The translations under genes were made by a program, and so were the position numbers. A DNA stretch of 64,000 nucleotides. It comes from a virus. Its lineage: Duplodnaviria; Caudoviricetes. Under the pieces are notes generated by a model. The model had not been told where the DNA came from, did not search any database, and saw nothing but the letters and a program-made list of their open reading frames with translations. Location of the stretch: the IMG/VR virus record IMGVR_UViG_2627853700_000003, positions 1 to 64,000 of that record, one strand, 5' to 3'. The first letter of the stretch is position 1, and each line of letters opens with the position of its first letter. Shown in pieces: positions 40,254 through 49,844 of the stretch.

Positions 40254-41066
40254 TTGTTTGTATCGCCAATGTTATTGCATTCAATCAAAGAACCATTTGA
40301 TGACGATGATTATATTACCGAGCTGAAGTTTGATGGAATTAGACTGATCCTCTCCAAGTTTAATGATCAGATAAAGCTTTATACTCGTCACAACAATGAA
40401 GTAACAAGCAAGTTCCCAGAACTGTTGGATCTTGATATACCCAATGGAACTGTTTTAGACGGTGAAATCATTGTAGCTACCCCAGGCGGTGCCCCTGATT
40501 TCGAAGCAGTCATGGAACGCTTTATGTCTAAGAAATCAGCTCATAAGGTGGTTTACTGTGTATTCGATGTAGTTTATATTGATGGACATTCAATCGCTAA
40601 TAAGCCGCTCACTGAACGTAAGAGCATGCTTTCAGACCTAAACCTTGACCACGATAATGTCTTTGTGATCGAAGGCCTGCAAGGAAACGGATTAGCTTAC
40701 TTCAATCTGGCCAAAGAAAAGAATTTAGAGGGAATCGTACTAAAGAAAGCTAACTCCCCTTATGAAATCAATAAACGTTCCCATAGCTGGCTGAAAGTGA
40801 TTAATTATGATTACACAGATGTGCTTATCACTGGCTACACCAAAGAGGATATAAAGTTTCTTCTGTCTTATCCTGATGGTACAACAGCTGGATTTATGGA
40901 ATTCATGCCGAATGCGGAACGAAGTAAGTTCCACTCTATGAAACAAGTAAAGTCTGAATCTGATGAATATGTATTTGTAGAACCGATCTTATGTAAGGTT
41001 AAACACAGATTTAAGACTAAGCATGGCAAACTCCGTATACCTTCCTTTGAATCCTGGAGAGTCTAA
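40254..41066 (+). CDS. ligB: ATP-dependent DNA ligase
   Basis: ELKFDGIR, LDGEI, VFDV, EGIVLK, WLKV. Confidence 0.93.
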   Translation: MFVSPMLLHSIKEPFDDDDYITELKFDGIRLILSKFNDQIKLYTRHNNEVTSKFPELLDLDIPNGTVLDGEIIVATPGGAPDFEAVMERFMSKKSAHKVVYCVFDVVYIDGHSIANKPLTERKSMLSDLNLDHDNVFVIEGLQGNGLAYFNLAKEKNLEGIVLKKANSPYEINKRSHSWLKVINYDYTDVLITGYTKEDIKFLLSYPDGTTAGFMEFMPNAERSKFHSMKQVKSESDEYVFVEPILCKVKHRFKTKHGKLRIPSFESWRV

Positions 41067-41283
41067 CCTCTCCGTTACATAATTCCTTAATGTCTCTTTC
41101 TTAACAAAATTCAAAATCTATTACATTAACACTTTAAGTTAGTTCTATTCCATCTCAATCCACTTATAATATTTCCCTATATGACAATCAAAGCGCCAAC
41201 CATCCTCAATGACTTTCGTATGACTATTCTTATATTTCGAGTGATTTAATAACACCCTAGGAGAAAACATTATTCTCTGCCAA

Positions 41284-41481
41284 TTAAATAATTCTTTCAT
41301 TTTTCATACCCCTTTCCTTGTGAATTTTCACTTTTGATAACAATGTTATCTTTACAGTTCGTTCAATTAAATATTCTGCATTGCAGTAATCGCATTTTAC
41401 TCTAAATTCAAGAGATGGCTCATAAACAATGGTTTCTCCACAAATCTCACAAGGAAAAACATCTTCATTGATTCTCCCCAT
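41284..41481 (-). CDS. Small zinc-ribbon protein
   Basis: CEIC...CDYC. Confidence 0.5.
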   Translation of the reverse strand: MGRINEDVFPCEICGETIVYEPSLEFRVKCDYCNAEYLIERTVKITLLSKVKIHKERGMKNERII

Positions 41482-41576
41482 AAATAAATCACATCCTTTA
41501 AAATAACTATTTTATTTTGATTCCTTAATAATCACCAAATATCATAGCCCACAAAATCATTTAGAATATTCGTCAT

Positions 41577-41786
41577 TTATTCTCCTCCTCCATTTCCATA
41601 TCCGCTATGGGAACTACTTCCGAATAACCCGAGGGAAACGACTAATGCTGTTATAAACGACAACAATATAAGGGGAATCAAAAATACTGCCAAACCGGTA
41701 TAGTTACCCGACTCAAATGTAATAAGCTGTGTGATCGAATATGCGAAAAAGAAAACATATGCCCCGTACGTAATCCAAAACCGCAA
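41577..41786 (-). CDS. Small membrane protein
   Basis: Two hydrophobic segments. Confidence 0.5.
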   Translation of the reverse strand: MRFWITYGAYVFFFAYSITQLITFESGNYTGLAVFLIPLILLSFITALVVSLGLFGSSSHSGYGNGGGE

Positions 41787-42044
41787 TTATTCACCATCCA
41801 ATCGTTTTAACGCTTCGCCGTTTTCGCAAATAGTTTCGTTAATCAATAATCTACGAGCTTTCTCCTTCGCAGTTATTCGAAATGTGCAATCGTCTTTCCC
41901 GTACATCTCGCAATAAACAACGTAATCGCGGAATAGGTCGTTCATGTACTCGATGTCACCACATCCATACAGCTTCCCGTTCAGAAAACACGCATATATT
42001 TGCACGAAATGCTCCACCTCAATTTTCTTCATGTTTTTTTTCAA
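41787..42044 (-). CDS. Hypothetical phage protein
   Basis: ORF track. Confidence 0.55.
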   Translation of the reverse strand: MKKNMKKIEVEHFVQIYACFLNGKLYGCGDIEYMNDLFRDYVVYCEMYGKDDCTFRITAKEKARRLLINETICENGEALKRLDGE

Positions 42045-42151
42045 TTCTTTTTGATTTTCATATTACTTTTCACTCTTTTATTAATAGGAGCATGTCATAC
42101 ACATGCCACCTAAAAGAGATAGGACATTTTTGTCTCGGGAGGTGAAATCTA

Positions 42152-42298
42152 ATGAATTTTCTTCTGGATCTTTTCACAAATTGGACTTTTGATAAAGTCA
42201 TGGATTACATGCTAGCTGCTGTAATTTGGTTTGCATTCAAGTCCAAGTCAAAGCAGAATGAGTATCCGGATGACTTCGAAAAAAGACGCCACTATTGA
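42152..42298 (+). CDS. 48-aa single-TM peptide (YoqT-like)
   Basis: GGAGGTG SD; MNFLLDLFTNWTFDKVMDYMLAAVIWFAFKSKSKQNEYPDDFEKRRHY*. Confidence 0.65.
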   Translation: MNFLLDLFTNWTFDKVMDYMLAAVIWFAFKSKSKQNEYPDDFEKRRHY

Positions 42299-42331
42299 GA
42301 CTGATATTCTCTTGATCGTTAGAGCGATCTT

Positions 42332-42694
42332 CTAGTGGTTTAATTTAAATTCAACACCCAAAAAGTCACATAGCTCTTCCTTAAAATCCGGTTCTCCAAA
42401 TGTTCCATTCAACAACCTGTGTTCTAATACATTGAGAGCAACCTCTTCAGGTTCCCACTGATCTTCTAAACCGTGGCATGAACAGTGGGAACCATTAACC
42501 TCGAACAATTTCCCTCCCTCTTCAATTAGAACCCAAGCGTTCCCTTCACAAAGATCACCATCATAGGAGGCAAACAGAATGTTTACATCAGTTTCTTTTT
42601 CTTCAAAGTCTGACAAAACGTCAGCCTTTTCTTTTCCTTCCCATTCGTTCAGAAGTACTGATTTTTGCTTAATAATTTCTTCAAATGTTTTCAT
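42332..42694 (-). CDS. Hypothetical phage protein (YoqR-like)
   Basis: GSHCSCHGLEDQW motif. Confidence 0.65.
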   Translation of the reverse strand: MKTFEEIIKQKSVLLNEWEGKEKADVLSDFEEKETDVNILFASYDGDLCEGNAWVLIEEGGKLFEVNGSHCSCHGLEDQWEPEEVALNVLEHRLLNGTFGEPDFKEELCDFLGVEFKLNH

Positions 42695-42733
42695 TGTTAC
42701 TCCCCCATTTTCACTTTAAAAACTATCTTTTAT

Positions 42734-42985
42734 TTAGACCTTCTCATAAGTCTGATGAAATATGTCAGGTTTACAAGGATAAAACTCACCTTGGACTCCT
42801 TTAATAACAAAATCATTAGGCGAAACGATCATACTGCCTTCTAAAGTTTGTATATGACGCATTGTTGTAAGTAAATCATGCCAGATACCAACTACATCAC
42901 CGCAGAATTCCCGTAATTCATCATAAGAATCTTGTGATCCGTCATATTGGATAGCATCAACTTCAACTGGTTTTTTATATTTCAC
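42734..42985 (-). CDS. Conserved phage protein (KKPVEVDA...FYPCKPDIF..TYE family)
   Basis: Motif recognition. Confidence 0.75.
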   Translation of the reverse strand: MKYKKPVEVDAIQYDGSQDSYDELREFCGDVVGIWHDLLTTMRHIQTLEGSMIVSPNDFVIKGVQGEFYPCKPDIFHQTYEKV

Positions 42986-43307
42986 TTCCCACCTCTTCCT
43001 TTAAAATCACGATTTTATGTAGACTAAACCTTTTTCTTGCTGTCATGCGTTCACACTTTTGGGTAAGATACTAATCTGTTAACATTAATAACTCATCAAC
43101 TTTATAATTGTATTCACCGTATTCACCCGAGCTCCATTTAACACCTACAGAGCCTTGATTTGTCACCCACAATATAATTCCCATTTCCCCATTTTCATGC
43201 CATCTTACTTGCTGCCCTTTCTGATAACCAAGCATGTTTCCACCCCTTTCTTAAAAAGCATTTTAATTTAACTTTAATGTGTATTGCCTTGAGAAAATCC
43301 CCTTTAA

Positions 43308-43724
43308 TTGGTAAACTCATACCTAACTTACATACGAGTGGGTGATTCCTTGAATAAAACAATCGGTATTACTGGATTAATCATCAGCATAGTAGTACAA
43401 TCATTTTCGGCCGATGATTCGCTAACCCAAAAGATTGCTACGGGTTTGTTATTTGTATCAATAATTATCTATAATTTTGAACATGCTAAAGATTATTCTA
43501 TAAAGTCACTTGTAATTTTAGGTGTTTCCTTTATTGTTTTTATGCTAGGGATTTATAAAATCCTCTCTATTACCAGCGATTACTTTGAAAAGCTTAATGT
43601 GAATTTTGGATACATCCTCTTATTTGAAATAGCATTGATTATTGCATTAGTGTCGATTGCAGTAAACGTAATGAAGTACATTGCGAATCGGTTAAAGAAA
43701 TCACCTGATGGTAAAGAGCTTTGA
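43308..43724 (+). CDS. yoqO: YoqO-like membrane protein
   Basis: Four TM segments; opposite strand; synteny. Confidence 0.65.
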   Translation: MVNSYLTYIRVGDSLNKTIGITGLIISIVVQSFSADDSLTQKIATGLLFVSIIIYNFEHAKDYSIKSLVILGVSFIVFMLGIYKILSITSDYFEKLNVNFGYILLFEIALIIALVSIAVNVMKYIANRLKKSPDGKEL

Positions 43725-43737
43725 CTCTTTGCCGTTT

Positions 43738-43968
43738 TTAAGCTAAATACTTCTTCTTATGTGGTCTTCTATGTATGAAATCAAATGCGATATCAACTTT
43801 TGCCGGTTCCTTCTCCTCTGCTACTCGTTCCGTAACAACAATCAGTTGCCCATTTTCCTGGTGTTCAATGCTATGAACTGAATACCCTTTTGAAGCGTAA
43901 TATTCACCAATAATCTCATCAACGTGGTTGCTAAGCAGATTCCTTTTTATCACCCTCATAACCTCCAC
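43738..43968 (-). CDS. Hypothetical phage protein (YoqN position)
   Basis: ORF track. Confidence 0.55.
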   Translation of the reverse strand: MEVMRVIKRNLLSNHVDEIIGEYYASKGYSVHSIEHQENGQLIVVTERVAEEKEPAKVDIAFDFIHRRPHKKKYLA

Positions 43969-44081
43969 TTATTTTATTTTTATCCTTTAAATATTTATAT
44001 GTATTCCATCCACAGCCATCAAATATGCTTATATCCGCTCCAAGATGCCATTTAAACCAAACTAAGTTAAACCAGGCTGTA

Positions 44082-44921
44082 TCAACTATGTACTTGAGGT
44101 AATCGATACCCTTTGCCCTCCATTCTTTTATGCAAAATTATATAATTCTTTAATCGTTCATTTGCAATATCACAATACTCTTTACTAATTTCTGTTCCTA
44201 TGTATTTACGGTTATTTAAAGCTGCCATCTTTGCAGTTGTTCCACTTCCCATAAACGGATCAAATACTATGTCTCCTTCATTTGACCAAGAGAGAATGTG
44301 ATCTTCAGCAAGCTTTTCTGGAAATATTGCCGGATGTTGAAAAGCGATCTTGTCTAGTGTTGATTTTTGATGACCGTTCGGTATCCTCCAAATGTTGAAC
44401 CTCACACCGAACTCCTTTAGTAAGTTCTGTTTATGATGTCGTACTTTTTCGCCGTCCATTTTTCTGTAATGTCCTTTTATGTGTTTCTTGCCGTTGTACC
44501 ATTTATTTTTCCTGTCTGCTAATAGATTGATTGTTTTTGGCTTGCCTTTCGAAAAAATAAACATATACTCAAAAATCTGATAATATCTATTCTTATCTGG
44601 AAAGCTGATACTGTCTTTTTCATAAATCATTGTGTCATGTAGGTTAAAGCCCAACTCTTTAAAGTATAAAGCTTGTCTAAAACTTGACCCTGTCTCGGAA
44701 CCTTTATGTGTTTTATCCCCTACTACCCAAACAACGACTCCGCCCTCTTTTGTCACCCTATACAATTCTTGAGCAGTTTCCTCAAAGTTAAATGAATATC
44801 CATTGTAATTCCTTAGGTCATCATAAGGAGGAGAAGTCACTGTTAAGTCGATAGTGCAATCACCAATATTCTCTTTCATGAATTGTACGCAATCATTATT
44901 ATGTATTTTGTTTAGTTCCAA
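44082..44921 (-). CDS. Beta-class N4-cytosine/N6-adenine DNA methyltransferase
   Basis: TSPPY (motif IV) precedes HPAIFP...DPFMGSGTT (motif I). Confidence 0.92.
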   Translation of the reverse strand: MELNKIHNNDCVQFMKENIGDCTIDLTVTSPPYDDLRNYNGYSFNFEETAQELYRVTKEGGVVVWVVGDKTHKGSETGSSFRQALYFKELGFNLHDTMIYEKDSISFPDKNRYYQIFEYMFIFSKGKPKTINLLADRKNKWYNGKKHIKGHYRKMDGEKVRHHKQNLLKEFGVRFNIWRIPNGHQKSTLDKIAFQHPAIFPEKLAEDHILSWSNEGDIVFDPFMGSGTTAKMAALNNRKYIGTEISKEYCDIANERLKNYIILHKRMEGKGYRLPQVHS

Positions 44922-44959
44922 TAAATACCCTCCTTTAGTTTTCAGATGAAATAATCCTT

Positions 44960-45352
44960 TTACACAAATATTAATGTAGGCTCCTTGTCCTCTTCATATC
45001 GTTCGTATCCAATAAAATAATGATCGTAGTCCTTTTGAATATATGATGAAATCCAGTCGATGAATTTTTCAATCTCATCATCGTAGTTTTTTAAATTACA
45101 TCTAATACTTACATAACAACCACCAACAACAGCGTCATTTTCAATTTTGCTATGGGTTTTCCCATCGAAATAATAACTATCTGATTGAAGCATCCATTTC
45201 CATCTAGTATCTTCAGAAAACAGATTATGTTCTGGCAACTCACTTGGATGTTCATCTCTTTGACCAGTCATAAACTCTAAAATTTCAATTATTGATCTTG
45301 GTGTTTCCTCAATAAGCTTAAAAGCACAAACCAATTCAGTATACATTCCCAT
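44960..45352 (-). CDS. Hypothetical phage protein
   Basis: ORF track, SD. Confidence 0.65.
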   Translation of the reverse strand: MGMYTELVCAFKLIEETPRSIIEILEFMTGQRDEHPSELPEHNLFSEDTRWKWMLQSDSYYFDGKTHSKIENDAVVGGCYVSIRCNLKNYDDEIEKFIDWISSYIQKDYDHYFIGYERYEEDKEPTLIFV

Positions 45353-45384
45353 TAATATATCTCCCTCTCTTTAAAACAGTCTTT

Positions 45385-45579
45385 TTATTGAAAATATTTA
45401 TCTGATGTGCGGGCCATGTCTTCCCCGCCTAAATAGTTTTTTATTTCATTTAAGCTATAAATGACCTTATCGAATTTATCCCTAATGTGCGGTGCATATT
45501 CAACTGATGAATCAGACATCCCTAATTCCTTTAGATTTGTGTCTAATTCTTTAAAGTAACCTTGTAACTTTACGTTCAC
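45385..45579 (-). CDS. Hypothetical phage protein
   Basis: ORF track, SD. Confidence 0.55.
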   Translation of the reverse strand: MNVKLQGYFKELDTNLKELGMSDSSVEYAPHIRDKFDKVIYSLNEIKNYLGGEDMARTSDKYFQ

Positions 45580-45602
45580 TGAAAACTCTCCTTTTTTTGT
45601 TA

Positions 45603-45839
45603 TTATTTAATCTCAACAATTAGACTGTCTGGAAAATTCTTCACATCAAGTGCATTTACATGACAGTAGCCTACATAGCCTTCTTTATCTACATACTTAT
45701 AAAAGAAGTTTTCCCCATTATTGATGATGACTTTACCATGATGTGTATACTCCATCTCTGACCCCTTATACCAAATCACTTTAACTTCAGTTCCTGGTTT
45801 GATTTTATCTAGGTCAAATATTGTTATTTCTTTTAACAA
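45603..45839 (-). CDS. Hypothetical phage protein
   Basis: ORF track, SD AGGAGG. Confidence 0.6.
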   Translation of the reverse strand: MLKEITIFDLDKIKPGTEVKVIWYKGSEMEYTHHGKVIINNGENFFYKYVDKEGYVGYCHVNALDVKNFPDSLIVEIK

Positions 45840-45859
45840 ACGACAACCTCCTATATATT

Positions 45860-46045
45860 TTATTCCTTCTCCCCAGAAAGCTCCTTGATTAACATCTGTC
45901 CAAGCTCATCACTGATATATCTCCAGTCAGCCCCTTCAGGCGTTCTAATACCAAGAGAAAAACCGCCACACAAGGTATCTTCAGCCAACCTTAAAACTCC
46001 ATCATTTGTTTTAAGCAGCTCATGTTTAACCATCCCTTTAATCAT
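45860..46045 (-). CDS. Hypothetical phage protein
   Basis: ORF track, SD. Confidence 0.55.
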   Translation of the reverse strand: MIKGMVKHELLKTNDGVLRLAEDTLCGGFSLGIRTPEGADWRYISDELGQMLIKELSGEKE

Positions 46046-46078
46046 TTCTCCTCTTCCTCTCTCTTTAAAATTTTACTT

Positions 46079-46876
46079 TTATTGAAACTTGTGCTTATTT
46101 TTCAATAGCTCATCTTTGATTTCCGCGTAGTCTTTCCCCAATTTCACCAAAACTGAGATAGTTTTTTCAGCTTGAACCACTTTTTTAAGATCCTCAGTTG
46201 TCATTGCGTCCCTAAGTGAATCTTTATCATCTAAATCATATACATTCATTAGTTCCTTTTTGTTTTTATCAAAACAAACTTTATAAACAAGTTGAGTGAA
46301 GTTTGTATACGCATGAACATCCTTCATGTTTCCTTCATAAAACTCCTTAATTGCATCGGTAAGCTGTTTTCGTTCTGTCCTCGCAATTTCTCTTTTTGCT
46401 GCCCAAATAGCAATTTGCTTTGGAGTGGCCTCCTCTACATTTAACAAATAGTGTCTAACTGATTTTCCAACTTTGGATTCAGTAAGTAACATTCCTAATC
46501 TAAGCAATCCTCTTCGATTAACAATTTGCAAACTTCTGACTTTCGAGCTTATAATTTTGCGAGGTTCATCATGAACCTGACAAAATTCTTTTAAACTCTT
46601 ACCTTTTAAAACTCTAATTTCAGCATAATCGTTAAATTCATCTCTATTTCTTTTAATGACGGTCTTGATCGTATCAACAGGAACCATATAATACTCCGCG
46701 GCCATCTCAACTGTAATCTCTGTAGAGTTCCCAAGTAGAGGTACTACTTTTATTCGATCCAAAATCTCGTCCCGGTACATGTGCTCCTCTCGGATAGTTC
46801 TGTGCTCGAATACGCCCATTTCGTTATTTTCGTTAATAGTTGCTTCAATTTGCTCATTTTTGTTTTCTTTTTTCAT
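46079..46876 (-). CDS. Antirepressor-like DNA-binding protein
   Basis: AAEYY.V..DTIKTVIKRN.DEF...LLRLGMLL.ES.V...RKQLTDAIK...YTNFT. Confidence 0.6.
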   Translation of the reverse strand: MKKENKNEQIEATINENNEMGVFEHRTIREEHMYRDEILDRIKVVPLLGNSTEITVEMAAEYYMVPVDTIKTVIKRNRDEFNDYAEIRVLKGKSLKEFCQVHDEPRKIISSKVRSLQIVNRRGLLRLGMLLTESKVGKSVRHYLLNVEEATPKQIAIWAAKREIARTERKQLTDAIKEFYEGNMKDVHAYTNFTQLVYKVCFDKNKKELMNVYDLDDKDSLRDAMTTEDLKKVVQAEKTISVLVKLGKDYAEIKDELLKNKHKFQ

Positions 46877-46944
46877 CTAAATCACTCTCCACTTATTTTT
46901 AATTTAGTTTAAAATGCATCTTTTAACTGGTTGAACTTATACGT

Positions 46945-47280
46945 TTATTCTTTTCCACTCCATGCTTCAAATTTCTCTATGGCAGCTTTTTGTTTATTTT
47001 CATGATTAATTTGCTCCTGAATAGTATTTTCGTATGTAATGACTTCATTAATTGCCATCTCTATGTAATTGTAATCCCACTTTACTTCACAATAACTTGG
47101 AGCAAAATTTCCTTCTCTTGTAAGACACTTAAACTTTTCTTTCCCGAATAAACCGCGTACCTTTTTATATAAAGAGACCCTGACAAGGCCTTTTGAGTAT
47201 CTATCACTGTAAATACTTACGGCATACTCATTACCTTCAACCGAAGTCACGGGATATTTGTGTAAGTGAAATTCTTTCAT
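46945..47280 (-). CDS. yopW: YopW-like protein
   Basis: 111 aa; recalled N-terminus. Confidence 0.6.
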   Translation of the reverse strand: MKEFHLHKYPVTSVEGNEYAVSIYSDRYSKGLVRVSLYKKVRGLFGKEKFKCLTREGNFAPSYCEVKWDYNYIEMAINEVITYENTIQEQINHENKQKAAIEKFEAWSGKE

Positions 47281-47489
47281 TCCGCGCCCTCCTTCTGACA
47301 GTCAGGGCATAGAGTTTCAAAACCGTTACCTTTCTGCGTGAATGTGTAATCGCGGTGCAAAGCACCATTCATATGCCCCTCCCATGATAACGGCTCTCCT
47401 ATGTTTAAAACCTTCTCTTTGCCGCATTCATCGCAAATAACAACCGTTTTGTATATAGTCTCAACCACTTCTTTATGAAATGCCATCAC
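47277..47489 (-). CDS. Small zinc-finger protein
   Basis: CDEC...CPDC; coupled. Confidence 0.6.
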   Translation of the reverse strand: MMAFHKEVVETIYKTVVICDECGKEKVLNIGEPLSWEGHMNGALHRDYTFTQKGNGFETLCPDCQKEGAE

Positions 47490-47863
47490 TGCGCGCCCTC
47501 CACTAACTCAGGATTTTGATATACGTTGCCGCCGATGTCGCGTTCTCCCCAAACTATCCAAGCGTCAATACGGTAATCGCAATCGCTGGGAAATCTAAGA
47601 CCGAAATTACCCCCAGCTCGAGCAACGATCATCGGTTCGTTATTCATCATGTCGATGTCGTACTCATAAATCATCTTTTCGTTTCTATCTTTCAACCCTA
47701 TGCCCCACATGAGAACGGAATTTCTGTCATAACTTTCCGCAACAATAACTCTGCAACCATCACGCCATAAAATCCAATTGTCCCCTTTGAGTTCAAGGCT
47801 CAACCCTTCATCATCCCAATAATGCATATTCTCGCCGTCCCACACTCTGTATGCGGTGTTCAT
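47486..47863 (-). CDS. yopX: YopX family protein
   Basis: YRVWD...GLKDRNEKMIYEYDI...GNVYQNPEL. Confidence 0.85.
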   Translation of the reverse strand: MNTAYRVWDGENMHYWDDEGLSLELKGDNWILWRDGCRVIVAESYDRNSVLMWGIGLKDRNEKMIYEYDIDMMNNEPMIVARAGGNFGLRFPSDCDYRIDAWIVWGERDIGGNVYQNPELVEGAQ

Positions 47864-48141
47864 AATTTCCGTGCCTCCTTTGGGTTTTCGTCACACATTT
47901 CTTTTAGTGCCTCCACAAATTCTTTTTCACACATATTCAACGGCGTATACCACTTTATCACTTCATAAAACGGATGGAGATAATTTACCAATGTATCTTC
48001 AGCACCTTCCTTTCCTTTTGTTGTCCCAGTGAAATTATTCAAATAGTCTTCACGCGTCATATTTATGTGCGTCGGACAGTCAACCACTGAACTAAATCGG
48101 CAGTACCGTCCATTCGGCTGCTTAGCGATTAATGCGCCCAT
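47860..48141 (-). CDS. Hypothetical phage protein
   Basis: ORF track; coupled. Confidence 0.6.
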   Translation of the reverse strand: MGALIAKQPNGRYCRFSSVVDCPTHINMTREDYLNNFTGTTKGKEGAEDTLVNYLHPFYEVIKWYTPLNMCEKEFVEALKEMCDENPKEARKL

Positions 48142-48188
48142 GTTATTCCCCCTTATCTCAATCTCTATAAAACTTACATTTTAAATGC

Positions 48189-48437
48189 TTATATTTCATT
48201 TTTATTAAGCGCCATTTTGATGAAGAATTTTGTGTACCCTATGTATTCCCTCTTATATTTACTTCCCTTCTTATCAGAGCCGGCAGCAACAAATTCAAAG
48301 TATTTTTCCTTTATTGGATGAGTACACACATAACCCATCTTCTCTTTTTCTATAATTCTTTTAACTAAACTTGTTTTACTAAAATCGGATAATGAAATTG
48401 TATTGTTTAAAAAGCTTTTTGTTCTAATTATTGGCAT
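48189..48437 (-). CDS. Hypothetical phage protein
   Basis: ORF track, SD. Confidence 0.55.
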   Translation of the reverse strand: MPIIRTKSFLNNTISLSDFSKTSLVKRIIEKEKMGYVCTHPIKEKYFEFVAAGSDKKGSKYKREYIGYTKFFIKMALNKNEI

Positions 48438-48603
48438 CTCCTTCTTGGTCGATTTGAATCTCAGCTATGTACATACCTTCATACGCATAATCAATTATGG
48501 AATGAAACAAACCTACAACTCTTCGCATTTCTCTTTTGTTTTTGTGAACGAGTAGTGTGTCATATGCTTCTTTTAATTTAATTAGTTTTTCATCAAGGAG
48601 CAT
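48424..48603 (-). CDS. yopV: YopV-like 59-aa protein
   Basis: Hand-translated MLLDEKLIKLKEAYDTLLVHKNKREMRR...; synteny. Confidence 0.55.
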   Translation of the reverse strand: MLLDEKLIKLKEAYDTLLVHKNKREMRRVVGLFHSIIDYAYEGMYIAEIQIDQEGDANN

Positions 48604-48623
48604 CGCTTCCTCAATCCGCCTCC

Positions 48624-48679
48624 GTATACTTATTTTTTATATTTAACTATAAGTTAACTCACAAAATAATATTTGTCAA
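48624..48679 (-). promoter_or_regulatory. Early promoter TTGACA-17-TAACTT followed by SPBRE-like operator
   Basis: TATACTTATTTTTTATATT at about 48625. Confidence 0.6.
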
Positions 48680-48721
48680 TCAAATTCGATCATATTTTTT
48701 CCAGATGATCGAATTTGATCT

Positions 48722-48940
48722 TCATTCTGCAAATTTAAATATTATTTCATTGATATGATCCCTTATTTTCACCAGATTTTCTGGTGTGACGGACACTGTT
48801 ACGTCTACATGTTTGCCATTAAAGTTTAAAAGGAATTGATATTGCTCTGATGTTAAAATCTTTTTAGTTAGTTTGAGATTAACGGTGTTGTAATCCTGAA
48901 GATCAACAAACAATTTCACGTGTTCACCTACAAGCTCCAA
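48722..48940 (-). CDS. yopU: YopU-like protein
   Basis: Synteny. Confidence 0.5.
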   Translation of the reverse strand: MELVGEHVKLFVDLQDYNTVNLKLTKKILTSEQYQFLLNFNGKHVDVTVSVTPENLVKIRDHINEIIFKFAE

Positions 48941-48997
48941 CTACGCTGCTGCAATGTTTCATGCTGTAATTTCATGGAGTCTTCCTATTTTTTTTAT

Positions 48998-49219
48998 TTA
49001 AAGTATTTCTTCAGTATTAGAAATCTCATAATCAATGTCATTCAATTTAAATTTTTCAACTGTCCCGTCTGCCTGTAGAAAGCACACTTCCCTGGCGACC
49101 ATTAATTTTTCACACAGTCTTTCAGCAAGGCTTTGAGAAACCTCTTCGTTTTTTGCTTTGTTTTTAAGTACAATTTCTAGATGTAGTGATACATTGTTCA
49201 AATAACCTGCCATCCTCAT
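48998..49219 (-). CDS. yopT: YopT-like protein
   Basis: MAGYLNNVSLHLEIVLKNKA; synteny. Confidence 0.65.
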   Translation of the reverse strand: MRMAGYLNNVSLHLEIVLKNKAKNEEVSQSLAERLCEKLMVAREVCFLQADGTVEKFKLNDIDYEISNTEEIL

Positions 49220-49260
49220 TCTCCTATACTATGTTTTTTCTCTCCGACAGCCTTACAAGG

Positions 49261-49272
49261 GAACAAGCGTTC
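49261..49272. promoter_or_regulatory. LexA (SOS) box
   Basis: GAAC-AAGC-GTTC matches Bacillus GAAC-N4-GTTC; lies between divergent yopT and yopS. Confidence 0.75.
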
Positions 49273-49395
49273 TGTTTTGTTTGATAACATTATACAATTA
49301 ATATGAGTGTAACGCTAGTGGTTATTTGAAGTCATCGTATGGTATGATATGTATTATGTCTTTCCATAACAGAACTAGCAGGAGGATGTCCGATA

Positions 49396-49621
49396 ATGAT
49401 TAAAGTTGAGATCGGGCAATGCTTGATACCTGAACTTTGTAGAAAGAAAGACATTACAATTAATGAACTTGCTGAAATAACCGGGATCAAAAAGCAGCAA
49501 TTGAGCGATTATAACCGGATGAAAAAAGTCGAGATGACTATCAGAACAGCTAAAAGGATCGCTGAAGCATTAGATATGTAATGTGGAAGACCCCTATGAA
49601 TTCAAGGTTGAACGGCATTGA
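49396..49621 (+). pseudogene. yopS: YopS Xre-HTH regulator with a +1 frameshift near the C-terminus
   Basis: ...GAT a TGT AAT GTG GAA GAC CCC TAT GAA...CAT TGA; removing one A restores LDCNVEDPYEFKVERH. Confidence 0.75.
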
Positions 49622-49844
49622 GTTTCGACTAAGACAAATGTCTTGGTCTCCTCCTGAGTAAACCATACGGTTTACACAACTATTTTACTACATGTTACCA
49701 TTGGTGGAAAGAGCTTATTTTGGCGTATTGTGTCTAGTTTTGTCGAATGTCAAAAATTTTCGTATTATCATTATCGATATACTTATATTTCTCTTTTAAT
49801 GCAAAATAAACACCCAGACTTAAGCTGGGCGGGGAAATAAATAT

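Noticed and set aside
49286-49322. Possible second AimR box upstream of yopS
   Set aside because: Left half-site matches only 4 of 6 in AT-rich DNA; too weak to call
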